From NCBI GenBank assembly GCA_950097015.1, contig CATNEN010000038.1, positions 8,308,001 through 8,372,000 on the forward strand: a stretch of DNA of 64,000 nt. The letters are read 5' to 3'. A program made the position numbers and the translations under genes. Under the pieces are notes generated by a model. The model had not been told where the DNA came from. It ran no database searches and worked only from the letters and a program-made list of their open reading frames with translations. This DNA is from Macrostomum hystrix (lineage: Eukaryota > Animalia > Platyhelminthes). Shown one piece after another: positions 1 through 13,384 of the stretch; within the stretch, counting starts at the first letter, position 1, and every line of letters begins with the position of its first letter.

Positions 1-1061
1 CTCCACATCGGCCTGCTTCAACGGGTTCAGCACCATCAGCGTCTGGAGGCGGATGATGGGACATGGGATTTGGTTAGTCTTGTTAGTATCGAAGTTAGGG
101 CCTAACACGTTTAGAGGATACCACTACTACCAAAAATCCCTGCTACCAGAGTATCCGAATATCCCACCCTAACAAAATATCCCTAGCTAACAGAATATCC
201 CAGTCTACCAGAATATCCCAGTCTACCAGAATATCCCAGTCTACTAGAATATCCCAGTCTACTAGAATATCCCAGTCTACCAGAATATCCCAGTCTACCA
301 GAATATCCCAGTCTACTAGAATATCCCAGTCTACCAGAATATCCCAGTCTACCAGAATATCCCAGTCTACCAGAATATCCCAGTCTACCAGAATATCCCA
401 GTCTACTAGAATATCCCAGTCTACCAGAATATCCCAGTCTACTAGAATATCCCACCCTAACAAAATATCCCACTCTAACAAAATATCCCAGTCTACCAGA
501 ATATGATAACATCCCATTATCCTAGTCTAGAAGAATATCCACGCCTGCCACAATGTGACGCTCAGCTCCAACCTTCTGGGTGATGTGATCAAAGTTGATG
601 CCAAGTTCTTCTAACAGAGGCGGCTCGTCTTCAAAATTATTTCCGCCGCTAGCAGGGGACTGTGCTCCCTTGCCGTCTCTGCTGCCGCTGGCTGCACTGT
701 CTGGCACAAACATCTGACCAGAGTAGGCCGGGTGGTTCGCATACGGATCGTACACTGAGGTTGCAGGCTGGGGCTGATACGGCTGGTGCTGCGGTGGCCC
801 GCCCCCGTAGAAGTCTTGCTGCTGCTGCTGCTGCGGGTCCTGCTGGTAGTCGTAGGATGCAAAATCCCTGAAATATGGATTATGAAACTGCTTATAGCGC
901 GGAGAAAGTACACAGCCTCATGTATAGTGCATGCACGCAGTCTGGAATCTGCATACTTACATGACCTGCTGGTTATAGTAGACTGGGGCCTGCTGCTGCT
1001 GTCCATCTTGACTAGGATAGGCAGCCGACCATTCGGCTGGATTGTAAGGCGCGCTGCACAT
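1..1061 (-). CDS. YIPF5: Yip1 domain family member 5/7 (5' part; exons 961-1061, 573-867, 1-42; continues off the left edge)
   Basis: The spliced translation gives ...[23 protein letters not shown]|[14 protein letters not shown], the Yip1A signature. Junctions are canonical GT-AG and keep frame. Confidence 0.9.
145..505. repeat. 18-bp intronic minisatellite (ccagaatatcccagtcta)n
   Basis: Direct tandem copies inside a YIPF5 intron. Confidence 0.95.
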
Positions 1062-1204
1062 CGCTCAATTCCTTCTTTGCCTTTTAGTTTCCTTGCCGCT
1101 TATCCGCCTGATGCACTTTTACCTGGGTGAAAATGTCTGCAATTAAATATGATAAGCGTCGTTTTTCGATAGTGCCTACTGTGAGTAGAAGAATAGTGTT
1201 TTAA

Positions 1205-1456
1205 TTAATAACAATTATAAATTACACGTGCCCTATTGGGCCAGATGTGCAGCTATTGCGCGGCGCTTCTGAAGGCTGTGTACAACTGTTCAGTCTATGG
1301 ACTGGAGGTACGCTACACCCACCCTTTATTACCTTATCTATTGCTGGTACCCAGTTAACAGCTTGGGTGAACAGGCGTCTTTCTAAAGAACACAAATTGT
1401 TGGAGACGGGAATCGAACCCCCGACCTTCAAGTCGTGAGTCCGACACGCTAGGCTA
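1205..1456 (-). mobile_element. tRNA-derived SINE family 1 (Val-CAC-like head)
   Basis: The head has the B box GGTTCGATTCC and the anticodon-like loop CTCACGA. The body is shared with copies at ~47310, 48331 and 50342. Confidence 0.8.
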
Positions 1457-1792
1457 AAAGCCCAGAGTAATAGAAGGTAGACAGCGGGGTAGCTATGAAT
1501 TTATAGCTATTTTAATATGTAATATTTTTAGCTAATAAAAAAACAAACAAAAGGCAGCTTCATTCAAAAAGTCACAAACACGCGAAACTAAGCAAATTGT
1601 ACATTCTGCAAAATCGCTAGTCGCATCATTTCTCTCAAACTCAGTGCGTCAATTTCAACAAAATATGTTGCACAATGTAATTAAAATAAAAGCTTCTAAT
1701 CAGCAATTTTATTCCATACAAGTCAATTTAGAAACTTGAAAAAATGAAAAAAACAATGGTTTAACAGTAGAACTACAAAGGGGGAATTCCCC

Positions 1793-1925
1793 AGTGCTGC
1801 ACCCGAACGGAGCAACGCAAGCACATAAAACTCAAGAACACGGGCCAACTTTTTGTTGCGCATCTTCTGAAAACAAGAATCAAGTCGCCAGCCCTTCAGA
1901 CCATCGAGATATTCAACTGTTCTGG
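1793..1925. repeat. Dispersed repeat, similar to 52301-52430
   Basis: Shared ~130-bp sequence (gtgctgcacc...gaacacgggccaactttttgttgcg...caagaatcaagtcgccagc). Confidence 0.8.
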
Positions 1926-2475
1926 ACGAAGGTCTGATTTTCCCATAAGCGCTAGGGTATTTCATGCACCCCTATACACGAATTTGCACTGCGCCTCAGC
2001 GCGGCCTTGCCGGGCCTTTAAAATTGATCAGCATGTCACCCGAATGTGCCTGCATCATCTCCGTCTTCGGTGGTCTCCTACCTTAATCTAGACGGATTTG
2101 CTGGGCCTTCAAGGGCAACAACAGATGGAACTAGGCCAATATGGACACCCTGACGCGAATTACTCCAATTTCACTGATCAAGCCTAAATATTAGGCGCAG
2201 CTCAACCACAGGACAGCATCGCCTAGTCTGTCAACCAATCAGTCACCACTCAACGCTGTTAGCATTCAGGCGCTGGTAAAAAATTTCAGAGGGGGGGGGA
2301 TTTTCTCATTGGTATAAAAACAGGCGGCAAAATGGCTTGGTAGTCCTACTGTTAATATTAACTAAGCATTGCTGCTAATCAAAGCGTGAATGTTGCGACA
2401 AGGACCTGTGAAAAATAGCACAAGCTCTTCTTAGATGGTCAATAAGAAATTTTAAAACAAGAAGCAGCAACTGCT

Positions 2476-5276
2476 TCACAGTTCCAAGGAGGCATTGTCA
2501 ACGGTCCAGACTCGAACAAGAAAGTCGTCTCCCACACTAACAAACAGATTTTGAATTGTGGGGTGCCATTTCACATCGTTCACATCCTCGGAGTGGGCAT
2601 TCGTGACACGCTCCGTCAGATCCCAGCAGCCTGTCTCAGTGTTGAGTGTCCACAGACAGATTGAGTTGTCCTGCGAGGCGGACAGCAGCCAGTCCCTAGT
2701 TGGGTGCCTGCGAGTTGAGAGAAGGCACAGAGCGAGGAATAGGACATTTGTGAGTCTCACACATAAAATGGGATATCTGAAAGAATCTCCCACATTGAAA
2801 TGGAATACCTGTAAGAATCTCACCTGTGAAATGGAATACCTGTAAGAATCTCACCTGTGAAATGGAATACCAGTAAGAATCTCACCAGTGAAATGGAATA
2901 CCTGTAAGAATCTCACCTGTGAAATGGAATACCTGTAAGAATCTCACCTGTGAAATGGAATACCTGTAAGAATCTCACCTGTGAAATGGAATACCAGTAA
3001 GAATCTCACCAGTGAAATGGAATACCTGTAAGAATCTCACCTGTGAAATGGAATACCTGTAAGAATCTCACCTGTGAAATGGAATACCTGTAAGAATCTC
3101 ACCTGTGAAATGGAATACCTGTAAGAATCTCACCTGTGAAATGGAATACCTGTAAGAATCTCACCTGTGAAATGGAATACCAGTAAGAATCTCACCAGTG
3201 AAATGGAATACCTGTAAGAATCTCACCTGTGAAATGGAATACCTGTAAGAATCTCACCTGTGAAATGGAATACCTGTAAGAATCTCACCTGTGAAATGGA
3301 ATACCTGTAAGAATCTCACCTGTGAAATGGAATACCTGTAAGAATCTCACCTGTGAAATGGAATACCTGTAAGAATCTCACCTGTGAAATGGAATACCTG
3401 TAAGAATCTCACCTGTGAAATGGAATACCTGTAAGAATCTTACCTCTGAAATGGAATACCTATAAGAATCTCACCTCTGAAATGGAATACCTGAAAGAAT
3501 CTCACCTGTGAAATGGAATACCAGTAAGAATCTCACCTCTGAAATGGAATACCTGTAAGAATCTCACCTGTGAAATGGAATACCTGTAAGAATCTCACCA
3601 GTGAAATGGAATACCTGTAAGAATCTCACCCGTGAAATGGAATACCTGTAAGAATCTCACCTGTGAAATGGAATACCTGTAAGAATCTCACCTGTGAAAT
3701 GGAATACCTGTAAGAATCTCACCTGTGAAATGGAATACCTGTAAGAATCTCACCTGTGAAATGGAATACCTGTAAGAATCTCACCTGTGAAATGGAATAC
3801 CTGTAAGAATCTCACCTGTGAAATGGAATACCTGTAAGAATCTCACCAGTGAAATGGAATACCTGTAAGAATCTCGCCTGTGAAATGGAATACCTGTAAG
3901 AATCTCACCTGTGAAATGGAATACCTGTAAGAATCTCACCTGTGAAATGGAATACCTGTAAGAATCTCACCTGTGAAATGGAATACTCTTGAGAATCACA
4001 TCAAAAGAATGGAATATGCGTGAGAGTCCTACCTGTAGTAGAGCTGTCTATAAGACAGTTTCTAAGAAAGCACAGCCTAGAATACGCAGTACTCTCAAAA
4101 GTATGTCTTTAAATGCTTACCAGCAGCAGGTGAAGATCGGTAGCTCGTGACCGCCAGAAAGCGTTGCCAGGCAACGCCAAGCAACCGCCGATGACGAAGA
4201 TAAGGAATCGGCATCGCCGGATGGTGCCCAGATTCTCAGGCTGCGGTCGGCGCTGCAGGTGGCCAGCCGATCGCCTGCCGGATTGAAGGCGGCCCGCCAG
4301 ACGGTGGCCTCGTGGCCAGTCAGCGTGGCGAAGCAGCTCCAGTCGTCGCCGTCCTCGCGGTGCAGCTTCACGGTGTCATCATAGCTGGCTGTGGCCAAAA
4401 TCTGAGCGTGCAAATGGTGAGGGAGAGGGACTCAGGTGGGAATATAGTGGGATTCCTCAGACAATAAAGTCTTTCATTTAAGAGCTTCCCCTGCAAACCT
4501 GTGAATGCGGATGCCAAGCGACGCATTTGATATCCTGACTGTGCGGCTGGGTGACACTCAGGCACTGGAAGTCCGACTCATCGTCCACTGAAAATAAAAA
4601 AAAATGACCAGGTGTGACTGTGACTAAGGACTGAATGACCAGGTGTGATTAATGACAGAATGACCAGGTGTGAGTAATGACCGAATGACCAGGTGTAAGT
4701 AATGACCGAATGACCATGCGTGAGTAATGACCGAATGACCAGGTGTGAGCAATGACCAAATGACCAGTTGAGCATAATGACTGATCCTCTGAAAAGAGAC
4801 AGCTCAAATAAAAAGTCTTTACTTACTCTCCCACACCCAAAGGCTCTTGTCCCGACCGCACGTGGCCAGATAGTGACCAGAGGGCGACCATGCCGCCTCC
4901 TTGACTTCGTTCTCGTGTCCCTCCAGCTTGGCGATAGTTTTGAATCGGCCCAATCCGGCCTCACTATCGTCGCCGGGCGCCTGATCTCTGCTATAAACTG
5001 CTACTGTGGCGTCGAAACTGGCGCTGGCCAGACGGCGGCCGCACGGCGAGAAGGCCACAGATCTGATGGTGCGCGTGTGCTCACCTGCCAGCGTGTCGCA
5101 GTGGCTGAGCAGTCGGCTCTTCGAGTCGCCGCTGTCGGCGCCGGAGCAGCGCCACAGGCGGATGCTTTTATCGGCGCCGCAGGTGGCCAACAAGCGGCCG
5201 TCAGGGGACCAGGCGGCGCACCAGACCCGCTCAGAGTGACCGTCCAGCGTCTGGACCAATGAAACTACTGACGACT
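2476..5276 (-). CDS. CIAO1: Cytosolic Fe-S assembly WD40 protein CIAO1 (exons ~5276-4827, 4587-4499, 4401-4121, 2707-2476; start codon unresolved)
   Basis: WD40 repeats with CIAO1 motifs [47 protein letters not shown] and [13 protein letters not shown]. Junctions are frame-consistent GT-AG. Confidence 0.93.
2797..3990. repeat. 31-bp intronic minisatellite (cacctgtgaaatggaatacctgtaagaatct)n, ~38 copies
   Basis: Tandem array in the last CIAO1 intron. Confidence 0.95.
4603..4770. repeat. ~25-bp degenerate intronic minisatellite
   Basis: Repeated gaatgaccaggtgtgagtaatgacc. Confidence 0.8.
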
Positions 5277-5484
5277 GCGGACGGGTAGTAGTGAGCTAGG
5301 ATGAGGTGATTCCATTTTATATGAATTAATGCCTTTTCTTCTATAAATTCAAGAAAATATTTTTAAAATATGCTACTTAGTGATAAGAGCTCCTTATTTA
5401 CTAGGACATTTTACCCTGCTAGCAATCTAGCTTCCTAGTTACCCGAAGTCCACACCACCAAGCTACCCTACTCAGATAACTACT

Positions 5485-6150
5485 CTACTCTACCCACTTA
5501 GCTACTCTACTCAACTAGCTACTCTACTCACCTAGCTTCTCTACTCACCTAGCTTCTCTACTCACCTAGCTACTCTACTCACCAAGCTACTCTACTCACC
5601 CAGCTGCTCTACTCACCGAGCTTCTCTACTCACCAAGCTACTCTACTCACCCAGCTGCTCTACTCACCTCGCTACTCTACTCACCCAGCTGCTCTACTCA
5701 CCTAGCTTCTCTACTCACCAAGCTACTCTACTCACCTAGCTACTCTACTCACCTAGCTTCTCTACTCACCAAGCTACTCTACTCACCTAGCTACTCTACT
5801 CACCAAGCTACTGTACTCACCTAGCTACTCTACTCACCTAGCTACTCTACTCACCAAGCTACTCTACTCACCCAGCTGCTCTACTCACCTAGCTTCTCTA
5901 CTCACCTAGCTACTGTACTCACCTAGCTACTCTACTCACCTAGCTTCTCTACTCACCTAGCTACTCTACTCACCTCGCTACTCTACTCACCCAGCTGCTC
6001 TACTCACCGAGCTTCTCTACTCACCAAGCTACTCTACCCAACTAGCTACTTTACCCAGCTAGCTATTGTACCCTCATAGCTACTGTACCTACATCGCTAC
6101 TCTACTCACCTAGCTACTGTACTCACCTAGCTACTCTACTCACCAAGCTA
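5485..6150. repeat. 17-bp minisatellite (cctagctactctactca)n
   Basis: Tandem copies between CHMP2B and CIAO1. Confidence 0.93.
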
Positions 6151-6789
6151 CTTTATTGAATCTACCTGCCTTCCAACGAGTACTTTATATATTCTAACCT
6201 GCTAGACGTAGCCAAATAAAAATAATAAACTACAAGTCAAGCGCCGATACTTTGTGCTGGCCAAACTCGGCATTTGCCAGTACGAGTACTTTGCAAGTAC
6301 CAGTACTCTAGTCTGACTTGCCATTTTCCAGTACTTGGTAGATAGAATAACCCAATTATTGAATAGGAAGAAAACCGAAAGTAAGAAATGTTTTTTATAA
6401 CATACAAACGTGGACAATAATTGAAATCAATGTATGGGTACAACAGAATATATAGTTATAAAAAATCTATGCATAAGCAATAAATACACACAAGGGATAT
6501 TGTGCCAAAGTTTGGCATCTGAATAACAAAAAACTGAGGGGCACCCAGGTACAGAGGTTCACATGAATGATTCCTCTAAAATCCAGAGATGCCAATATAC
6601 ATTCTTATATGCAATCACAGTCAGTCACATTTGAAATTCTACCTGGTGTAATCAGCATGACTGCTGGCTTAGATTGGCCAGATGACAATCTGGGCCATAG
6701 ACAGTCTAACTGTAACCTCCCCTAAAATCCCATTTCGCCTGCGATTACCCAACCAATAGTCATTACCAGTTACCCACAGCATTAATCAT

Positions 6790-7050
6790 TACCTACAGCA
6801 CTAGTCATTACTCCCTTCACTAGTCATTACCCCCTTCACTAGTCATTACCCCCTTCACTAGTCTTTACTCCCTTCACTAGTCATTACCCCCTTCACTAGT
6901 CATTCACTAGTCATTACCCCCTTCACTAGTCATTACTCCCTTTACTAGTTATTACCCCTTCACTAGTCATTACTCCCTTCACTAGTCATTACCCCCTTCA
7001 CTAGTCTTTACTCCCTTCACTAGTCATTACCCCCTTCATTAGTCATTACC
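6790..7050. repeat. 19-bp minisatellite (cactagtcattaccccctt)n
   Basis: Tandem copies just 3' of the CHMP2B stop. Confidence 0.9.
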
Positions 7051-7094
7051 CACATCACTGCGTCACTAGACTGTCTTCTGAAATCGCAGACACC

Positions 7095-7903
7095 TCAGGG
7101 TGCGGACAGCCCGGCTAGTCGCTTCAGCATCTCATCTTCTTCAGTTTGACCGGAGGCCACGGCGGCTCCAGGTTTTGCCGATGCTGCCGAAGGCGCTTTT
7201 GACATCTGAGCGTTAATGTCGATGCCGATTTCATCCAGCACCTTAGCGACCACCTGGAAACAGTGTAGACAGGGAGTTGACAGACGTTGTAGGATTAATC
7301 ACTCATTGAATGGATATCTTCAGGTAGGATTAATCAGTCGGTGAAGGGATGTCGTTAAATGACAAACATGCCTCACTACTGGATAATTTCTGTAGGCTTA
7401 ATTTCGGAGACCGAAATTCTCACCTTGTCCTGCTCAGCCTCGTCATCTGATCCGGCAAAGATGTCGTCCAGGGCCTCATTCATGGTCTCTTCAGACATTT
7501 CCATCTTCATGTTGGCCTCCTGGAATTGGCGCATTGTTTTCATAGTGTCCTCAGGCGACATCACCTTGTTCATCTGGCCCATAGTCTTTGTTGTGGTCTT
7601 CATTGCGTCGGCCATTTTCATATTGGCACCCATGAGCTTCTGCTGGGTGCCAACGGCCGACACTTTGCTGCCCATTGCGTAGCTTCGAGTCTTCTGCTGC
7701 CGCAGCTGCACCAGCTGCTTGGCCAGTATAGTGCAGGCCTCTTTGTTGCCCTGCTTGGCGGCCTTCTTAATCTCTGCCTCGATGCGCTTCTCCTCGCGTT
7801 CCAAATTGCCCCGGTCTCGCTCCAGATCTCGTTGGGTCTTCTTCAACTCGCGATCGTTGGCCCGCATCTGCTCTTGCACGGTCGGCTTCTTCCAGAATGC
7901 CAT
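7095..7903 (-). CDS. CHMP2B: ESCRT-III subunit CHMP2B (exons 7424-7903, 7095-7253)
   Basis: Snf7-family sequence: RELKKTQRDLERDR, IKKAAKQGNKEACTILAKQLVQLR, spliced to VVAKVLDEIGIDI...EMLKRLAGL. Confidence 0.92.
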
Positions 7904-8024
7904 GCTTTTTTAGCTTGCCTGATGCTTTAAAGGGCTGATTGAGTTGGCTGAAATTTTTGGAATGACTCAGGATCAATTTGTGACTTATTATAGCTCATAG
8001 CTGAACTAATGACTATACTGGGTA

Positions 8025-9130
8025 ATTGTGATGACTGAGCTTATGACCAAACTGGGTGATAGAGATGACGTAGCTTATGACCAAACTGAGTGTGTTTGTG
8101 ATGACTGAGCCTATGACCAAACAGGGTGATAGTGATGACCGAGCTTATGACCAAACAGAGTGCGTTTGTGATGACTGAGCTTATGACCAAACTGAGTGTG
8201 ATAGTGATGACTGAGCTTATGACCAAACTGAGTGTGATAGTGATGACTGAGCTTATGACCAAACTGGGTGATAGTGATGAACGAGCTTATGACCAAACAG
8301 AGTGCGTTTGTGATGACTGAGCTTATGACCAAACTGAGTGTGATAGTGATGACTTAGCTTATGACCAAACTGAGTGTGATAGTGATGACTTAGCTTATGA
8401 CCAAACTGTGTGTTATAGTGATGACTGAGCTTATGACCAAACTGAGTGTGATAGTGATGACTGAGCTTATGACCAAACTGGGTGATAGTGATGAACGAGC
8501 TTATGACCAAACTGAGTGTGATAGTGATGACTTAGCTTATGACCAAACTGAGTGTGATAGTGATGACTTAGCTTATGACCAAACTGTGTGTTATAGTGAT
8601 GACTGAGCTTATGACCAAACTGAGTGTGATAGTGATGACTGAGCTTATGACCAAACTGGGTGATAGTGATGAACGAGCTTATGACCAAACAGAGTGCGTT
8701 TGTGATGACTGAGCTTATGACCAAACTGAGTGTGATAGTGATGACTTAGCTTATGACCAAACTGAGTGTGATAGTGATGACTTAGCTTATGACCAAACTG
8801 AGTGTGATAGTGATGACTTAGCTTATGACCAAACTGTGTGTTATAGTGATGACTTAGCTTATGACCAAACTGAGTGCGTTTGTGATGACTGAGCTTATGA
8901 CCAAACTGAGTGTGATAGTGATGACTTAGCTTATGACCAAACTGAGTGTGATAGTGATGACTTAGCTTATGACCAAACTGTGTGTTATAGTGATGACTGA
9001 GCTTATGACCAAACTGGGTGATAGTGATGACGTAGCTTATAACCAAACTGAGTGTGTTTGTGATAACTGAGCCTATGACCAAACTGACTAATGGTGACGA
9101 AAGAGCTTACAATCAAACTGGGTAGAGGCA
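8025..9130. repeat. 36-bp minisatellite (ccaaactgagtgtgatagtgatgactgagcttatga)n with 33-bp variants
   Basis: Tandem array upstream of CHMP2B. Confidence 0.95.
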
Positions 9131-9599
9131 ATGACTGAGTCTATGACAGAACTGGGTGATGATAATATAAATAGTAATGCCATGGCGATGATAAAATCAT
9201 TAAATCTTTAAGTTAATAACTTTAATTAATTAACTAATTTTTTTCTATAGCTAGGAATATAAAGAATTATGAAACAAAAGCTGCTTTCCAAAGCAAAGAG
9301 ATTATTTCCATACGGTCATGAGTCATTGTGTATTTTAGAATGTTAGAATATCATCGCATTCAAGGGTGAACAAAACTTTCGTATTTCAGAATATTGAATA
9401 CGAGCGTAAATGTGTGGAGCTGCTCATTACATCGTATTTTACAATAGTAGAAATGCTTTACAGTCAAATGTGATAGGTTAAAAAAATATTCAAGTACAAG
9501 AGAAGCATAATAAAATAGGTCACAAAGAAATACAAACAAATTCGTCAGAGTTGAAAAAACGCATTTTGATTATTTCCCGAAAATCTCATTGATGGCCTT

Positions 9600-9750
9600 T
9601 AATCAGCGCAGTCAGGCTATCATCACAGCCAATCAGAGCAGTCAGGCTACCATTACAGCCAATCAGAGCAGTCAGGCTATCATCACAGCCAATAAGAGCG
9701 GTCAGGCTACCAGCACAGCCAATCAGAGCAGTCAGGCTGCAACTACAGCT
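9600..9750. repeat. 30-bp tandem repeat, ~5 copies
   Basis: aatcagagcagtcaggctaccatcacagcc-like units. Confidence 0.85.
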
Positions 9751-10228
9751 TATCAAAGTTTATTTAGTTACCGTCTAGCCTAATTAGTAAAAGGCCACAA
9801 CTAATCGTCCAACCAATCCGCTAACAGAATCAACAGTAACTATTCTCTAGCCAATCAGCGAAGAGCAACAAAAATCGCTTCAGCGTGTGACATTTTTGAT
9901 CGACGGTCAAACTATGTCAATTAAAAAATTTATGAACAAAGTAAAACTAGATAATAAAATCGTCAATAAGAGACAAATAAAAATGCTTTTAACTAGGCTA
10001 ATTAGATTTCAGTCCCTAGAAAATCTACCAAAAAGCAGAGACTGACACTGAGAACGGACTGACAATAGAGAAAATTATAATAACGCTTGTAGGAAGACGT
10101 TAAAAAACGGACAACTAGCTTGACATTGACAGCTTCCTGCAGTTAACCCCGTAAATGCGAGTTAACACTCAGTAAGTCTCAGCAGCCGGTGCAAGTCCAA
10201 CGGCACAGCGGAAGACATTGAGAGCAAT

Positions 10229-11831
10229 TCACCTGCGGTGTTTTCTCCCTGTCCGCAGCTCCATCCGTTTCTGGGCGCTGAAGCTTTTCGTAGGCAGCGC
10301 GTTAGACACCGCAGCCTAAAGAAATTAGGAAAAAACGTAAATTTATTTTTTGACGGCTATGCCTTTTAGCTACTTAGAAGCGTGTAGTAAGTAGTAGTAT
10401 TCGAGTTTCAATTCCGAAAAATGGCTTGAAACAGCGCCAGCAGTAGTGCAGTGCACGAACTCAACCTTGAAGGTTCTGGTTGACGAACATCCAAGAAGTA
10501 AAAATGTGTGACTAAGAAATCTGCAGTCCAACCTTAGCGGGTTCAGCCAGTGTCAGGGCGTGCGAGAAGGCGGCAGTCGCTTTCAGAATTGACAGGTCAG
10601 ACAGCGATAGACGACACCGGCTGGTCTGCTGGGCGCGGGCTGGCAACTTTCTACAGCCACGGCTAGCAGAACAGGAGCAATGGTTTTCCTGGCCGCCTTC
10701 AGCTGAGGCTGGCGGCCGAGAAGTCTGCAATTTCACAGCTAGACTTGGCGCATTTGATTGCTGTGACCGCGCATTCTGCGAAACAGTCAGGTGATTCAGG
10801 TGAGTCTTAATGCTACACGCTCAGTTGCATACTGGGTCTCACAGCTCAGGTTCTGATTGGGTCTTACAGCTCGGGTTCTGATTAGGTCTCACAGCTCGGG
10901 TTCTCATTGGGTCTTACAGCTCGGGTTCTGATTGGGTCTCAGAGCTCAGGTTCTGATTGGGTCTTACAGCTCGGGTTCTGATTGGGTCTCAGAGCTCGGG
11001 TTCTGATTGGGTCTTACAGCTCGGGTTCTGATTGGGTCTCACAGCTGAGGTTCTGATTGGGTCTCACAGCTCGGGTTCTGATTGGGTCTCACAGCTGAGG
11101 TTCTGATTGGGTCTCACAGCTGAGGTTCTGATTGGGTCTCACAGCTGAGGTTCTGATTGGGTCTCACAGCTCAGGTTCTGATTGGGTCTCACAGCTGAGG
11201 TTCTGATTGGGTCTCACAGCTGAGGTTCTGATTGGGTCTCACAGCTGAGGTTCTGATTGGGTCTCACAGCTCAGGTTCTGATTGGGTCTCACAGCTGAGG
11301 TTCTGATTGGGTCTCACAGCTGAGGTTCTGATTGGGTCTCACAGCTCAGGTTCTGATTGGGTCTTACAGCTCGGGTTCTGATTAGGTCTCACAGCTCGGG
11401 TTCTCATTGGGTCTTACAGCTCGGGTTCTGATTGGGTCTCAGAGCTCGGGTTCTGATTGGGTCTTACAGCTCGGGTTCTGATTGGGTCTCACAGCTGAGG
11501 TTCTGATTGGGTCTCACAGCTCGGGTTCTGATTGGGTCTCACAGCTGAGGTTCTGATTGGGTCTCACAGCTCGGGTTCTGATTGGGTCTCACAGCTTAGG
11601 TGCTGATTGGGTCTCACAGCTCGGGTTGTATGTATGCTAGGGTATTGTCATGGTAAACAGTTATTCACAGCGGTTACTTACGCGAGCAGAAGAGAAGCTG
11701 GTCGGCGTGGCGCAGTCTAGAAGTACTTTAACCGGCTTAGGTCTAAACGGCAGCCGAATCGGTAGCTTCACCAGACAGCCGTAAGCTGAGCTGACTACTG
11801 GCTGCCGCTGGGGACTCTTGCGAAGGGTCAT
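10229..11831 (-). CDS. Putative orphan 159-aa basic protein (exons 11682-11831, 10533-10775, 10229-10315)
   Basis: Three GC-rich segments join by two phase-0 GT-AG introns into one open frame (MTLRKSPQ...SSAR|NARSQQ...EPAK|AAVSN...KHRR*). No recognised domain. Confidence 0.4.
10830..11628. repeat. 25-bp minisatellite (acagctgaggttctgattgggtctc)n
   Basis: Tandem array in the predicted intron of the orphan gene. Confidence 0.95.
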
Positions 11832-12054
11832 TGGATAAAGCTGCAATCTGTATGGCAAATGTTTTTTACTGTTTGCATAAAAGCACTGCTGATTTCGGAT
11901 GGGGAAAAACTAATGGGAGGTCAAAACGCAGGAATTAATAAAAAAAGAGATTTCGCGCCTAAAACTAAGATTTTGATAGTGTAGACGGGTTAAAACAATG
12001 AAGTCAGGTTATAGTAATGATAGAATATGACATGACTAAAAAATATTCATTCGA

Positions 12055-12590
12055 CTAGAGATGGGTCATAGGACTATATATGGGTCATAGGACAATAGAT
12101 GGGTCATAGGACAATAGATGGGTCATAGGACTAAACATCGGGTCATAGGTATGAAGATGGGGTTATTTAAATAAACATGGGGTCATAGGTCTGAAGATGG
12201 GGTCATATGACTAAACATCGGGTCATAGGTATGAAGAAGGGGTCATAGGACTAAACATCGGGTCATAGGTCTGAAGAAGGGGTCATAGGACTAAACATCA
12301 AGTCATAGGTCTAAAGAAGGGGTCATAGGTCTGAAGATGGGGTTATATGACTAAACATGGGGTCATAGGTTTGAAGATGGGGACATATGACTAAACATGG
12401 GGTCATAGGTTTGAAGATGGGGAGATATGACTAAACATGGGGTCATAGGTCTGAAGATGGGGACATATGACTAAACATGGGGTCATAGGTCTGAAGATGG
12501 GGACATATGACTAAACATGGGGTCATAGGTCTGAAGATGGGGCCAAAGGTCTGAAGATGGGGCCAAAGGACTGAAGATGGGTCATAGGAC
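12055..12590. repeat. 19/20-bp minisatellite (ggggtcataggtctgaagat)n
   Basis: Degenerate tandem copies. Confidence 0.9.
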
Positions 12591-13384
12591 AGCGGAGGCC
12601 TTATAAGACTGTCGTATTACAGCATAAAACTAGCTTTAACAAGTAAATTGTTTTTTTCAGCTATACAACTTTTTGTCTGAGGATACTAAGAGCTAAATAA
12701 AATATTGTCTAAAAAAGTAAACAGTAAAACTAGATCAAAACAGTAGGAAACAAAGGACAAATGGTTCCCAGTGAACTATTTAATTTTATTTGATAAGAAA
12801 ATTAACATGCTAAACTTTGAAATATATTTACTAGAAGAAAAGTAATTATGTTTTATGATATTACGCACTCAAATGACACAAATCAAATTTGTCCCTACGC
12901 TCAAAACTTCTGCTTTTGAAAGCATTTAAAAGTTGTACTAGATGAAACTACTAGAATATTTACTATCCTACTAACACGAGTAGTATGGCAGGCTAAACTA
13001 GTTAAATGAACAAGTAATATGAGCATGCAGAACTTTAACAATTACAGTGCAACTTAAAAAGGTTATTAGAAATGCAAATTAAAATGCTTTTAAAAGACTG
13101 AAGTGCAGAGCACCGCGCTGAAGATTGCAACTTACTTCAATACCTGTATCGAAAATTTAGGAAATTATGACATTATATACACAAGAGTAGAGTCGAATGG
13201 AGCCATCTACCATACGATAAAATAACTAGATTTTTCAGTACAACAACCACCTACAACTAGCAGTGGCTGAAACTAAACGGAAACGAAACTAATAAACTAA
13301 AAAACTGTGGATAAGTTTCAGCTGCCTGAAGCATAGTGCAAAAAAACTCAGCTGATAGAAGCCTCCATACATTAATATTTTAGC

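Noticed and set aside
143-517. Periodic ORFs here and at 8041-9082, 27066-28738, 51253-51638, 57480-57764 and 59810-60415
   Set aside because: These are translations of tandem repeats; no evidence of real coding.
1395-1456. Functional tRNA genes (also at ~47340, 50342, 62410)
   Set aside because: The cloverleaves are incomplete and each is followed by a shared non-tRNA body and tail, so they are SINE heads.
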